Program-made: the position numbers and the translations under genes
DNA from: Haplodiscus bocki
Taxonomy: Eukaryota
DNA length: 64,000 bases
Direction of reading: 5' to 3'
Assembly: GCA_965655095.1 (NCBI GenBank)
Contig: OZ296652.1
Coordinates: 116,002,001-116,066,000, forward strand
In this document: piece after piece, positions 23,858 to 36,200 of the stretch
Numbering within the stretch: the stretch's first letter is position 1
Layout: each line of letters begins with the position of its first letter
Notes under the pieces: generated by a model
Told to the model about the DNA's origin: nothing
The model's database searches: none
Seen by the model: only the letters and a program-made list of their open reading frames with translations

Positions 23858-26800
23858 ACCAGTGTACTTTTTCGACGTTTGAAAAATTTCTTTATCTTCC
23901 AGATAGTTTACAGCAAAATTTTCACCTACAACTTTCATGAAACCCAATTCCTTGGATATAGTTTTCTTAGACTTTTATATTAACACTTTCTCCAGTAAAA
24001 CAGTTGCTACATTCTCAATGATTGGTTCGACTTCTGGTTGCTTTGCTAACTGGTCTCATTATTTTTCAAGTTACAGGGCAAAAATATTATGAATATGCCG
24101 TTGTTCTGATTCGAAAAAAACCAGCTATTCAAAAAAACGGTAAATGGATGCCTCTATGTTGAGTTTTCCTATTACTTTTTCAGCTATGGTGAAAATATTC
24201 GACTCAGACATTTTGGAAAAATTGGTCCCCAGCCAGTAAAAAAACCACTATCAATGTCTATCACATAACAAAAGTTTATTCTAAAGCCAAAAAATCAGTT
24301 TTTGTGTTTTTCCAAAAACCTTCATGACGAAAACATTTTACAAGCAATTAAATAGTTTTTTTGAAATAAAAAATTAAGTTTGGTGTCTTCAGATTGGCGG
24401 AAGAAAAACTTCTTTCAATATAAAGTACGTCTAATCCCCCTATACTTTTTTAAACTTTCGTTAGGTGCGAATACAAATTTTGACTGCTACATTCATCAAG
24501 GAAGTTCCAAACATGAAAAGAAAATGTATGATACAAAACTTTGTGCTTGAAATACTGACAAAATTTTGAGTTCAATTTTAATAATTATGAGTGAAAAAAC
24601 AGTCCGAAATAAGAGAGGGCGTAGATATTTTTCACTTTCCATTGATAATTTGAGTAATGTTTATTCGGAAAACCATCAAAAAACGAAAGCAGCCAAATGA
24701 CGAACGTCTACTTCGATATTATTCTCATATCCTCAAACATTAAACTAAGTCTATTTGAGACAAATGCTGCAGAAGAACTTACGTAGTAACTTTTTGCAGA
24801 TTTGCTGCAGAGAACGGGTGACGTATGATAAAATAGACAAAAATCTAAAAGAAATGTCTTCGCAGAAAAAGTTACCTAACTGTTTGTAATTTATTGAAGG
24901 GGCCAGTTTTTATAAACGGGAGTTCAAGTTGGGTTGCTGAAATATCATCACTAGAAAAAAAACAAGCGGGTTATCCTTTTTTCAACAAAATTGACACCAA
25001 TCAAGGCTTCAATAGTGCTGTTTGAATATTAACAAATTTAGAAAAAAACGTTATGAACAATTTTAAACGAAGAAGACGAAAAATGGAAGTTGTAGACTTT
25101 CTAAGAACAATCACAAAAAGTAATGATTTTTCTGATGGAAATACTGACCTGTAGGCTGGAAAAAAAGTAACGATGTTTTCCATAGAAATCCTGTTGGGAT
25201 TACACAATGTAATCGAGGGTCCGATTTGCTGGCAGTGGACACTGTTTAATGTACAATTGAATTCGATCAATCGTATGAAGATTTTCTTCCTTTACTTTGG
25301 TGCTATGCGAAAGTTGTCTTCTTTTTGCACACAAATCCGAACAAGAGGTTAGAAATAGGTTTTTTCAGTGAGTTTCAAGTTGAGTTCACATGAAGTTCAC
25401 TGCTACTGACATTCAATTTGTTTATGTTGCCAATTTATTGAACTTTTTTCTGTCTATTACTTCTGATGGACAATTACAACTAGTTTCACTCGAACTGCTT
25501 GTTACCCCATGTACACGTTCAAAATTTGTATTGTTTTTTATCTTCCAAAGAGTTTACAGCAAGGTTTCGTGTTTTTTTTCACAAAAGACCAATCAAGAAT
25601 ATCATTTCTAGGAACATAGTTGTCTTGAACATCAATGTATTCAATTTCTCCTTAAAAACAGACAGTTGTTACAATCTCAACGCTTGGTTCGACTTGTGGT
25701 TGCTTCAGTAACTGCTCGTATCATTTTCTTCTTAGTTGAAGGACAAATCTTCTTTGAATAGGCCGTTGATCCCATTGAAAGTATTTCTGGTGTCAAAACA
25801 AAATCGGTAATCGTTTGTCAAAGAACGTCTAAATTTGATGAAAATGTATCATGCAAAAAAAACAGGGTTAAAAATTCTGATGACAATACTTTGAGTTCGA
25901 ATTTTATAAGTACGATTGAAAACAAAGTACGAAATAAAAGAGGGCGTAGATAAGTTTCAGTTTTGATTGATAAGTTTAGTAACGCTGTTTTGGAACACCA
26001 TTAAAAAACAAAAGCAGTCGAAAGAACAAAGTCTCCATCAAATTCATTCTCATCGCCTTAATCATAAAACCGCGTCTATTTGAGACAGATGCTGAAGAAG
26101 AATTTACGTGGTATTTTCTGGAGATTTCTTAAGGAGTACAAGTAATGGAAGTAGACATAGTACACTTATAGCAGACATAAACCAAAGGAACAAATTCCGG
26201 AGAAAAAACTAACAGAACTATTCGTAGATTAATTGAGGAGCCAGTATTAAAAATTGGGAGTGCATGTTGGGTTGATGAACTCTCATCACTACAAAAAACT
26301 TAATACAAAAAATTTATCTTTTTTTCAACAAAATTGTCTCCAATCAAGTCTCCAATAAAATTGCTCGTATGCCAACAAACTATGAGAAAAAATTTCATGA
26401 AAAACATTGAAAAGACAAGACGGAAATTGGAAGTTGGAGACTTCCTAAGAACAATCACAGTAAGTAGAGCTTTCTCTGATGGATATATCGACGCGTAGGG
26501 TGGTAGTCAAAGTAATGATGTTTTCGATTGAATTCCTGTTGGCATTACACCATGTACTACTGGACCCAATTCCCTGGCATGGGACACGGATTATAATACA
26601 AATGATTTTGATCAAGCATATGGAGGTTTTGTTCCTTTATTCAGATGCTATACAAAAGATTACTGCCCTTTACATACATATCGTACCATGCTGTCAAAAA
26701 ATATTTCCATTATCAGTAAGTTATCAGAAAAAAGTTTTATTTACGCTCAAATGACTTTAGACTGCAACGCTTTTGTGCATTTTAGAACACAAGACAGTTT

Positions 26801-29599
26801 TGCCACTGAAAGCTATATTGCTGATGTTGTCAATTTGTTGAATCTTTTTTTGTCAGTGATTTGTGATAGAAAATGGTTCTTTTCACTTCAAAAAGTTTAC
26901 AGCAAGGTTTTGTATTCTTTCACATGGGATTTTCAAGAAAATCAAATTTAGACATTGTTGTCTAGCCATTATGTGTGAAAAATTTCTCCAATTAAACAGT
27001 TATTACATTTTCAATGCTTGGTTCATTTTCTGCTTGCTCTGGTGAGTGCTTTTGGTCGTTTTTCAGTTGAAGAAGGAATTTTTTAGGAATAGGTAGTTGT
27101 ATTCAAAGCAAATAAACATGCTGGCCAAGCAAAATCGCTAATCGGTTGTTTCGACCTTGAGTTGTCAAAATACTTTCCTTTATCTGGAGAGTATATTCGA
27201 ATTGGATGTTTTGGTACAATTGATCACTTGGCCTTTAAAAAAACTAATACAAATATCCATCTCCAAACAAAAAATTGTTCCTATGCTAAAAAAATCTGTT
27301 TCTGTGTTTTTCCAAAGCTTACACCACGAAAAAGTTTTACAAATAGGATGACAGATTTTGAAGTTAGTCTAGACAGAAAAAATTATAATTGGTGTTATTA
27401 AGTTAGCGGTTAAAAAACAATTTTCAATGGAATACGTCCAGTCCCACTATGTTTTTCGAAACGGGAGTGCAAGTTGGTTTGATGAACTATCATCACTAGA
27501 AAAAAACAATCCTATTATTCTTTTTTCAACGGAATTGAAACCAATCAAGGCTCCAATTTTGCTGTTTGACTAAGAAAGAATTTTTAAATGAATAATCTGA
27601 ACAATTTTTTGAAAAAAGATGAAAAATTGAAGTTAAAGACTTTCTAAGAACAATCACAATAAGTAATGCTTTTTCTGATGGATATACTGACATGTAGACT
27701 GAAAATCAAAGTAATGATGTTTTCGATTGAGTTCCTGTAGGGAATACACAATGTACTCGAGAATACGATTTGCTGGCAGTGAAAACTGATTTTTTACACT
27801 TGATTTTGCTCGAGCATATGGAGTTTTTGTTCCTTTATTCAGAAGCAATGCAGAAGATGACATCCTCAAACACACATATCTCAACATGTTTTTGATAATA
27901 TCGATGAAATTCCGCAAGGGTTTACAAATTGTAGTAGAAGGTGCGATTTGCTGACAGTGGACACTGATTATATTACAGATGATTCTGATCAAGCACATGG
28001 AGATTTTGTTCCTTTACTGAAATGCTCTGCCGAAAACAGTTTTTTACTTACAAATCCGCACATGAGGTTACAATTAGGTTTTTTTTCCGTAGGGCATCGG
28101 AAACAAGCTTGCTTCAGCTCAATCGGTAAAAGTGTGGTTCAAGTTTGGATCAAATCGAGATGTTCCTACTGACAACTGTGTTGCCTATGTTGTCCTTTAA
28201 TTGAGCCTTTCATTGTCTAAAACTTCTGATGGCCAACTACATTCTGTTTCAATCTGATTGCTTGTTTCCCCATTGTACACCTTCAATGTTTGTGAAGGTT
28301 CTCATCTTCAGAAGTGTTTAGATCAAAGTTTGTTATTTTTTCACAAAGGGGTATCCTTTCCAAGGACATAAAGATTTTGAAGCTTCAATATCTTCCAATA
28401 AACAGACAGCTGTTACATTCTCAACGCCTGGATTAACTTGTGGTTGCTTCAGTAACGTCTCGTGCCATTTTTTTTCAGTAGAAGGACCAATTTGATTTGA
28501 ACAGGCTGTGGAACCCATTGCAAATAGTTCTGGTGTTCGAACAAAGTCGGTAACCTTTTGTCTTGACGTTGAGTTTTCAAACTAGTTTTTTAAGGTTGGA
28601 GATTAGATTTGAGTCGCACGATCTAAGGAGACTGGTCCCTAGACTGGTATGAAGACCATTGTCATTGTGCATCTCATAACAAAAAATTGTTTTTTGGGCC
28701 AAAAAATCAGTTTTTGTGTTTTTGCAAAAGATTTCACGAAAAAAAACTCTGTACAAATCTTCAACTAAACTTTCAAAATTTTAAAGTAGTTTTGATTGAA
28801 AAAAATGAAAGTTTTGTATTTTATATAGTGGGTATAAACACCTCTTTCAGAAGAAAATACGTGCAATTCCACTTTGTTTTTCAACTTTGTATAGGTGGTA
28901 AAACAATTTTTGACCACAAAATCCATCAGGAAAGTTGAAAACATGAAATGAAAAAATATGATACAAAAAGTGTGTTGGAAAAACTGACAAAACTTTGAGT
29001 TCATATTTTTCATTTTTATGATTGAAAAAACAGTCCGAATGAACTAAGGGCGTAGATAAATTTTGGTTTCGATTGATAATTTTAGTAATGTTTTTTTTCG
29101 GAATACCATCGAGAAGCGAAAGCAGCCGAATGATGAAAGTCTACTTAAAAATTTCTCTCAAGCCTTCAAACATTAAACCAATTCTATTTGAGACAAATGC
29201 TGAAGAAGAACTGAAGTAGTAACATTTTGCAGATTGGCTAAAGAGAACGGGTAACGGACGATATAATAGACATAAGTCTTAAGGAAAATTCTTCGCAGAA
29301 AAAATTAAAAGAACTGTTTGTAGTTTATTGCAGGGGCCAGTTTTTAAAAACGGGAGTCCAGTTGGGTTGATGAACTATCATCACTAGAAAAAAAACAATC
29401 GTAGTATCTTGTTCGCAACAGAACTGACAACACTCAAGACTCCAATAACGTTTTTTGAATAACCAAAACAGAAAAAGACACTTTGAGCAACTTTCCAAAA
29501 AGAAGACGGTTATTGGAAGATGCAGATGTTTCTATGATCAATCCCCAGAAGCAATGCGTTTACTGATGGATATACTGTTATTTGGGGTGGAAATCAAAG

Positions 29600-30165
29600 T
29601 GTTGATTTTTTCGATAGAGTTTCTTTAGTGACTAAACAATGTACTAGACGACCCGATTGCCTGGCAGTGGACACTGATTATATTACAGATAAATTTGATC
29701 AAGCATATGGAGATTTTGTTCAACAGTTCAGATGGAAGATGGAATGCAGAAAAAAGCCTTTTTTAAACATCCATACTTCAACATACTAATATTGGTGTTT
29801 TCGATACAGTTCTAATAGGTATTACACAAGGTACTAGATGATCGGGTTTCCTGGCAGTGGACACGGCTTAGAGTACAAGTGAATTCGATCAGTCATATGG
29901 AGTTTTTCTCCCTTTACTGATACGCTGTGACAAAGATGATTTCTTTTACATACAAATCGAAACACGAGGCCAGAAAAAAGTTTTTTAATCCATAGGGCAT
30001 CAGAGACAAGCTTGCTTCAGCTCAACCAAGAAAAGTGGGGTTCAAATTTAGATCACATGAAGAGGTTCTTACTGATAACTTTGTTGCTTGTTTTGTCAAT
30101 TTATTACACATTTCATTGTCTAATACAATACTGCTCATGGACAACTACAGTTTTATTCAACCTGA
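29600..30165 (+). pseudogene. Example of the capsid-1 3' segment of an array monomer (type D, internally duplicated)
   Basis: FDRVSLVTKQC..AVDTDYITDKFDQAYGDFV, ASAQPRKVGFKF and the GQLQF end are homologous to 23460-23857. Confidence 0.8.
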
Positions 30166-31959
30166 CCGCCTATTTCCCCATTGTACACTTTTAATATTTG
30201 TAATGATGTTGCATTAAGAAGAGTTTAAAGCAAGGTCTGGTGTTTTTCCACAAAAAAAACATTCAAGAGTAACATTGCCAAGTATATATTTATCTTGAAG
30301 CTCAATCTATTCAAATTATTTTTATGAACAGACAGTTGTTACATTCCAAGTGTGGTTTGAATTCTGGTTGCTTCAAAAACTGCACTTGTCATTTTTTCCT
30401 CAGTTGAAGGACAAATTTAATTTGAATAGGTCGTTGATCGCAATGCAAATATTTCTGGTGTCCAAACAGAATCGATAATCGTTTGCTTCAGCGTTCAGTT
30501 TCCAAAAATCAGTTTTTGTGTTTTTCCAAAACCCTTCATGACGAAAACATTTTACAAGGAATATAAATAGATTTTCAAGTTTTTTTTGAAACAAAAAATT
30601 AGGTTTGGTGTCTTCAGATTGGCGGAAGAAAAACTTCTTTCATTATGAAGTACGTCTAATCCCCCTATACTTTTTTTAACTTTCGTTAGGTGCGAATACA
30701 AATTTTGACTGCTACATTCATCAAGGAAGTTCCAAACATGAAAAGAAAATGTATGATACAAAAATTTGTTTTGAAATACTGACAAAATTTTGAGTTCAAT
30801 TCTAATAATTATGAGTGAAAAAACAGTCCGAAATAAGAGAGGGCGTAGATGTTTTTCACTTTCCATTGATAAGTTGAGTAATGTTTATTCGGAAAACCAT
30901 CAAAAAACGAAAGCAGCCAAATGACGAACGTCTACTTCGATATTATTCTCATATCCTCAAACATTAAACTAAGTCTATTTGAGACAAATGCTGCAGAAGA
31001 ACTTATGTAGTAACTTTTTGCAGATTTGCTGCAGAGAACGGGTGACGTATGATAAAGTAGACACAAAATCTAAAAGAAATGTCTTCGCAGAAAAAGTTAC
31101 CTAACTGTTTGTAATTTATTGAAGGGGCCAGTTTTTAAAAACGGGAGTTCAAGTTGGGTTGCTGAAATATCATTACTAGAAAAAAAAACAAGCGTATTAT
31201 CCTTTTTTCAACAAAATTGACACCAATCAAGGCTTCAATAGTGCTGTTTGATTATTAAAAAATTTAGAAAAAAACGTTATGAACAATTTTAAAAGAAGAA
31301 GACGAAAAATGGAAGTTGTAGACTTTCTAAGAACAATCACAAAAAGTAATGACTTTTCTGATGGATATACTGACATGTAGGCTCGAAAAAAGTAATGATG
31401 TTTTGCAAAGAATTCCTGTTGGGATTACACAATGTACTCGAGAGTCCAGTTTGCTGGCAGTGGACACTGAATATATTACAGATGATATTGCTCAAGCATA
31501 TAGAGATTTTGTTCCTGTCTTTGGATTGAATGCAGAAAATAACACCCTCAAACATACGTATCTCAACATAATGAAATTGATGTTTTCGATGCAGTTTCCG
31601 TAGGTATCACACAAGGTACTAGATGATCGGATTTCCTGGCAGTGGACACGGCTTAGAGTACAAGTGAATTTGATCAGTCATATGGAGTTTTTCTCCCTTT
31701 ACTGATACGCTGTGACAAAGATGATTTCTTTTACATACAAATCCAAACACTAGGCCAGAAAAAAGTTTTTTAATCCGTAGGGCATCAGAGACAAGCGTGC
31801 TTCAGATCAACCGAGAAAACTGGGGTTCAAATTTAGATCACATGAAGAGGTTCTTACTGATAACTTTGTTGCTTGTTTTGTCAATTTATTACACATTTCA
31901 TTGTCTAATACAATACTGCTCATGGACAACTACAGTTTTATTCAACCTGACCGCCTATT

Positions 31960-32600
31960 TCCCCATTGTACACTTTTAATATTTGTAATGATGTTGCATT
32001 AAGAAGAGTTTAGAGCAAGGTCTGGTGTTTTTCCACAGAAAAAAAACAATCAAGAGTAACATTGCCAAGTACATATTTATCTTGAAGCTCAATCTATTCA
32101 AATTCTTTTAATGAACAGACAGTTGTTACATTCCACGCGTGGTTTGAATTCTGGTTGCTTCAAAAACTGCACTTGTCATTTTTTCCTCAGTTGAAGGACA
32201 AATTTATTTTGAATAGGTCGTTGATCCCAATGCAAATATTTCTGGTGTCCAAAAAAATTGGTAACCGTCTGTCTCGACGTTGAGTTACCAAACACGTTTC
32301 TGTTCGGAGAGTAGATTCGTCTCGCATGATTTAAAGAGACTGGTCCCTAGACTGGGAAGAAAACCGTTATCAATGTCCATCTGATAGCAAAAAGTTGTTT
32401 TTAAGCCGAGAAATCAAGTTTTGTGTTTTTCCAAAATCTTCCACGAAAAAAACACTTCACAAATTTTTAAATAGATTTTTAGACTTTGAAGTAGTTTTGA
32501 ATAAAAAACAAAAAGTTTTGTCTATAAACTAGCGGTATTAAAAACCTGTTCCAAAAAAATAAACGTCTAATCTCACTTTATTTCTCAACTTTCTAGAGGT
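31960..32600 (-). pseudogene. Example of the convergent capsid-2 3' segment of an array monomer
   Basis: Minus-frame consensus YQMDID..DTRNICIGINGLF..SFNxEEND..FKITICLEVI..WGNK resembles TQIDIG..NVRKYFVEIDSVRY..NYPENDY..IKTRYPIQVIDL..DGNK of 59262..60525. Confidence 0.55.
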
Positions 32601-32619
32601 GGTAAAGCATTTTTGACGG

Positions 32620-33270
32620 GAAAATTTGCCGGAGAAGTTCCGAATATGAGAAGAAAATCTATGGTACCTGAAAAAATATTTGAAATACTGACAAAACTTT
32701 GAGTTCAATTTTTTAATACTTAGGATTGAAAGGACAGACCGAAACAATAGAGGAAGTAGATAAATTTCAGTTTCCATTTATAATTTTAGTAAAATTGAAT
32801 CGGAATACAATCACAAAACGGAAGCAGCCAACTGACGAACGTCTTGTTCGATACTATTCTGATCCCGTCAAAAACTAAACCATGTCTCTTTGAGATAAAT
32901 GCTCGAGAAGAACTTTAGTAGTTTTTTGAAGATTTGCTAAGGAGAACGGGAAACGGAAGATATAGTAGAAATAAATCTTAAGTAAAATTCTTGGCAGAAA
33001 AAAACAACAGAACTGTTTGTAGTTTACTGAAGGGGCCAGTTTTTAAAAACAGGAGTCCAGGTTGGGTTGATGAACTATCTTCACTAGAAAAAAAGCAAAC
33101 GTAGTTTGTTGTTCACAACAGGTTTGAGAGCAATCAAGGCTCCAATAACGTTGTTTAAATAACCACAAAAAAAGAAAAAGACACTTGGAACAACTTTCAG
33201 AAAAGAAGACTTGCAGACTTTCTATGAACAATCACTAGAAGCTTTGCGTTTACTGATGGATATTCTGATA
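32620..33270 (+). pseudogene. Example of the integrase-derived segment of an array monomer (type E)
   Basis: KTKPCLFEINA...DLLKENG..RYSRNKS..FLAEKNNRTVCSLLKGPVF..WVDEL matches KRKPNLLETDDG..EFLNNKKIERYSRYTDKGAVFAEKFNRTIRNLLKKPVF..WFSEL of the element C integrase. Confidence 0.85.
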
Positions 33271-36200
33271 TGTAGGATGGAAGTCAAGATGTTGATTTTT
33301 TCGATAAGGTTTCTTTAGAGACTAAGCATTGTACTAGACGATCCGATTGCCTGGCAGTGGACACTGAATATATTACAGATAATTTTGATCAAGTATATGG
33401 AGATTTTGTTCAATAGTTCAGATGGAATGCAGAGAAAGGCATCCTTAAACATCCATACCTCGACATACCAATTTTGATGTTTTCGATACAGTTCTAATGG
33501 GTACTACAAAAGGCACTAGATGATCGGATTTCTTGGCAGTGGACTTGGCTTAGGGTACAAATGAATTCGATCAATCATATGGAGATTTTCTCCCTTTACT
33601 GATTTCCAGTGACAAAGATGACTTCTTTTACAAAAAATTCGAACACGAGGTCAAAAATAGGTTTTTGTATCCGTAGGGCATAAGAAACAAGCTTGCTTCA
33701 GCTCCAGCTCAACCGAGAGAAGTGCGGTTCAAGTTTAGATCACATGAAGAGGTTCTTACTGATAACTATGTTGCTTGCTTTGTCAGTTAATTAAACTTCA
33801 GAAGAAGTAACAGCAAAGTTTTGCTTTTTTCGACAAAAACCATTCAAGAGTATCACTTCCAGGCATATAGTTATCTTGAAGTCCAATGTATTCAATTACT
33901 TCTAATTAACATTTGTTACCTTCTCAACGCCTGGTTCGTTTCCTGGTTGCTTCAGTAACCGCTTTCATCTTACTTTTCTTAGTTGAAGGATAAATTTCAT
34001 TTGAATAGGCCGTTGGTCTCAATGCAAAAATTTCTGTTGTCAAAAAAGAATCGATAATCGTTTGCTTCGGCGTTCAGTTTCCGAAAATTAATTTTTTTGT
34101 TTTTCCAAAACCCTTCATGACGAAAACATTTTACAAGGAATATAAATAGATTTTCAAGTTTTTTTTGAAACAAAAATTTAGGTTTGGTGTCTTCAGATTG
34201 GCGGAAGAAAAACTTCTTTCATTATGAAGTACGTCTAATCCCCCTATACTTTTTTTAACTTTCGTTAGGTGCGAATACAAATTTTGACTGCTACATTCAT
34301 CAAGGAAGTTCCAAACATGAAAAGAAAATGTATGATACAAAAATTTGTGCTTGAAACACTGACAAAATTTTGAGTTCAGTTTTAATAATTATGAGTGACA
34401 AGACAGTCCGAATTAAGAGAGGGTAGATATTTTTCACTTTCCATTGATAATTTGAGTAATGTTTATTCGGAAGACCATCAAAAAACGAAAGCAGCCAAAT
34501 GACGAACGTCTACTTCGATATTATTCTCATATCCTCAAACATTAAACTAAGTCTATTTGAGACAAATGCTGCAGAAGAACTTATGTAGTAACTTTTTGCA
34601 GTTTTGCTGCAGAGAACGGGTGACGTATGATAAAATAGACAAAAATCTAAAAGAAAAGTCTTCGCAGAAAAAGATACCTAACTGTTTGTAATTTATTGAA
34701 GGGGCCAGTTTTTAAAAACGGGAGTTCAAGTTGGGTTGCTGAAATATCATCACTAGAAAAAAAACAAGCGGGTTGTCCTTTTTTCAACAAAATTGACACC
34801 AATCAAGGCTTCAATAGTGCTGTTTGAATATTAACAAATTTAGAAAAAAACGTTATGAACAATTTTAAACGAAGAAGACGAAAAATGGAAGTTGTAGACT
34901 TTCTAAGAACAATCGCAAAACGTAATGATTTTTCTGATGGATATACTGACCTGTAGGCTGGAAAAAAAGTGACGATGTTTTCCATAGAAATCCTGTTGGG
35001 ATTACACAATGTACTCGAGGGTCCGATTTGCTGGCAGTGGACACTGTTTAATGTACAATTGAATTCGATCAATCGTATGAAGATTTTCTTTCTTTACTTT
35101 GGTGCTATGCGAAAATTGTCTTCGTTTTGCACACAAATCCGAACACGAGGTTAGAAATAGGTTTTTTCAGTGAGTTTCAAGTTGAGTTCACATGAAGTTC
35201 ACTGCTACTGACATTCAATTTGTTTATGTTGCCAATTTATTGAACTTTTTTCTGTCTATTACTTCTGATGGACAATTACAACTAGTTTCACTCGAACTGC
35301 TTGTTACCCCATGTACACGTTCAAAATTTGTATTGTTTTTTATCTTGCAAAGAGTTTACAGCAAGGTTTCGTGTTTTTTTTCACAAAAGACCAATCAAGA
35401 ATATCATTTCTAGGAACATAGTTGTCTTGAACATCAATGTATTCAATTTCTCCTTAAAAACAGACAGTTGTTACAATCTCAACGCTTGGTTCGACTTGTG
35501 GTTGCTTCAGTAACTGCTCGTATCATTTTCTTCTTAGTTGAAGGACAAATCTTCTTTGAATAGGCCGTTGATCCCATTGAAAGTATTTCTGGTGTCAAAA
35601 CAAAATCGGTAATCGTTTGTCAAAGAACGTCTAAATTTGATGAAAATGTATCATGCAAAAAAAACAGGGTTAAAAATTCTGATGACAATACTTTGAGTTC
35701 GAATTTTATAAGTACGATTGAAAACAAAGTACGAAATAAAAGAGGGCGTAGATAAGTTTCAGTTTTGATTGATAAGTTTAGTAACGCTGTTTTGGAACAC
35801 CATTAAAAAACAAAAGCAGTCGAAAGAACAAAGTCTCCATCAAATTCATTCTCATCGCCTTAATCATAAAACCGCGTCTATTTGAGACAGATGCTGAAGA
35901 AGAATTTACGTGGTATTTTTTGGAGATTTCTTAAGGAGTACAAGTAATGGAAGTAGACATAGTACACTTATAGCAGACATAAACCAAAGGAACAGTTTCC
36001 GGAGAAAACACTAACAGAAATATTCGTAGATTATTTGAGGAGCCAGTTTTAAAAATTGGGAGTGCATGTTGGGTTGATGAACTCTCATCACTACAAAAAA
36101 CTTAATACAAAAAATTTATCTTTTTTTTCAACAACGTTGTCTCCAATCAAGTCTCCAATAAAATTGCTCGTATGCCAACAAACTATGAGAAAAAATTTCA

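Larger units (their letters stand above)
16850..24300 (+). mobile_element. Ancient, heavily decayed Polinton B (morphogenesis module)
   Basis: Manual translation gives ordered remnants: ATPase, AGN-motif protein, penton, core-like protein, TM protein, second ATPase, protease, MCP. The first three are in the same order as in element C. Confidence 0.75.

Noticed and set aside
25100-25200. In-frame integrase-capsid fusion protein at monomer junctions
   Set aside because: The junction frames I checked do not match, and both parts contain many stops.
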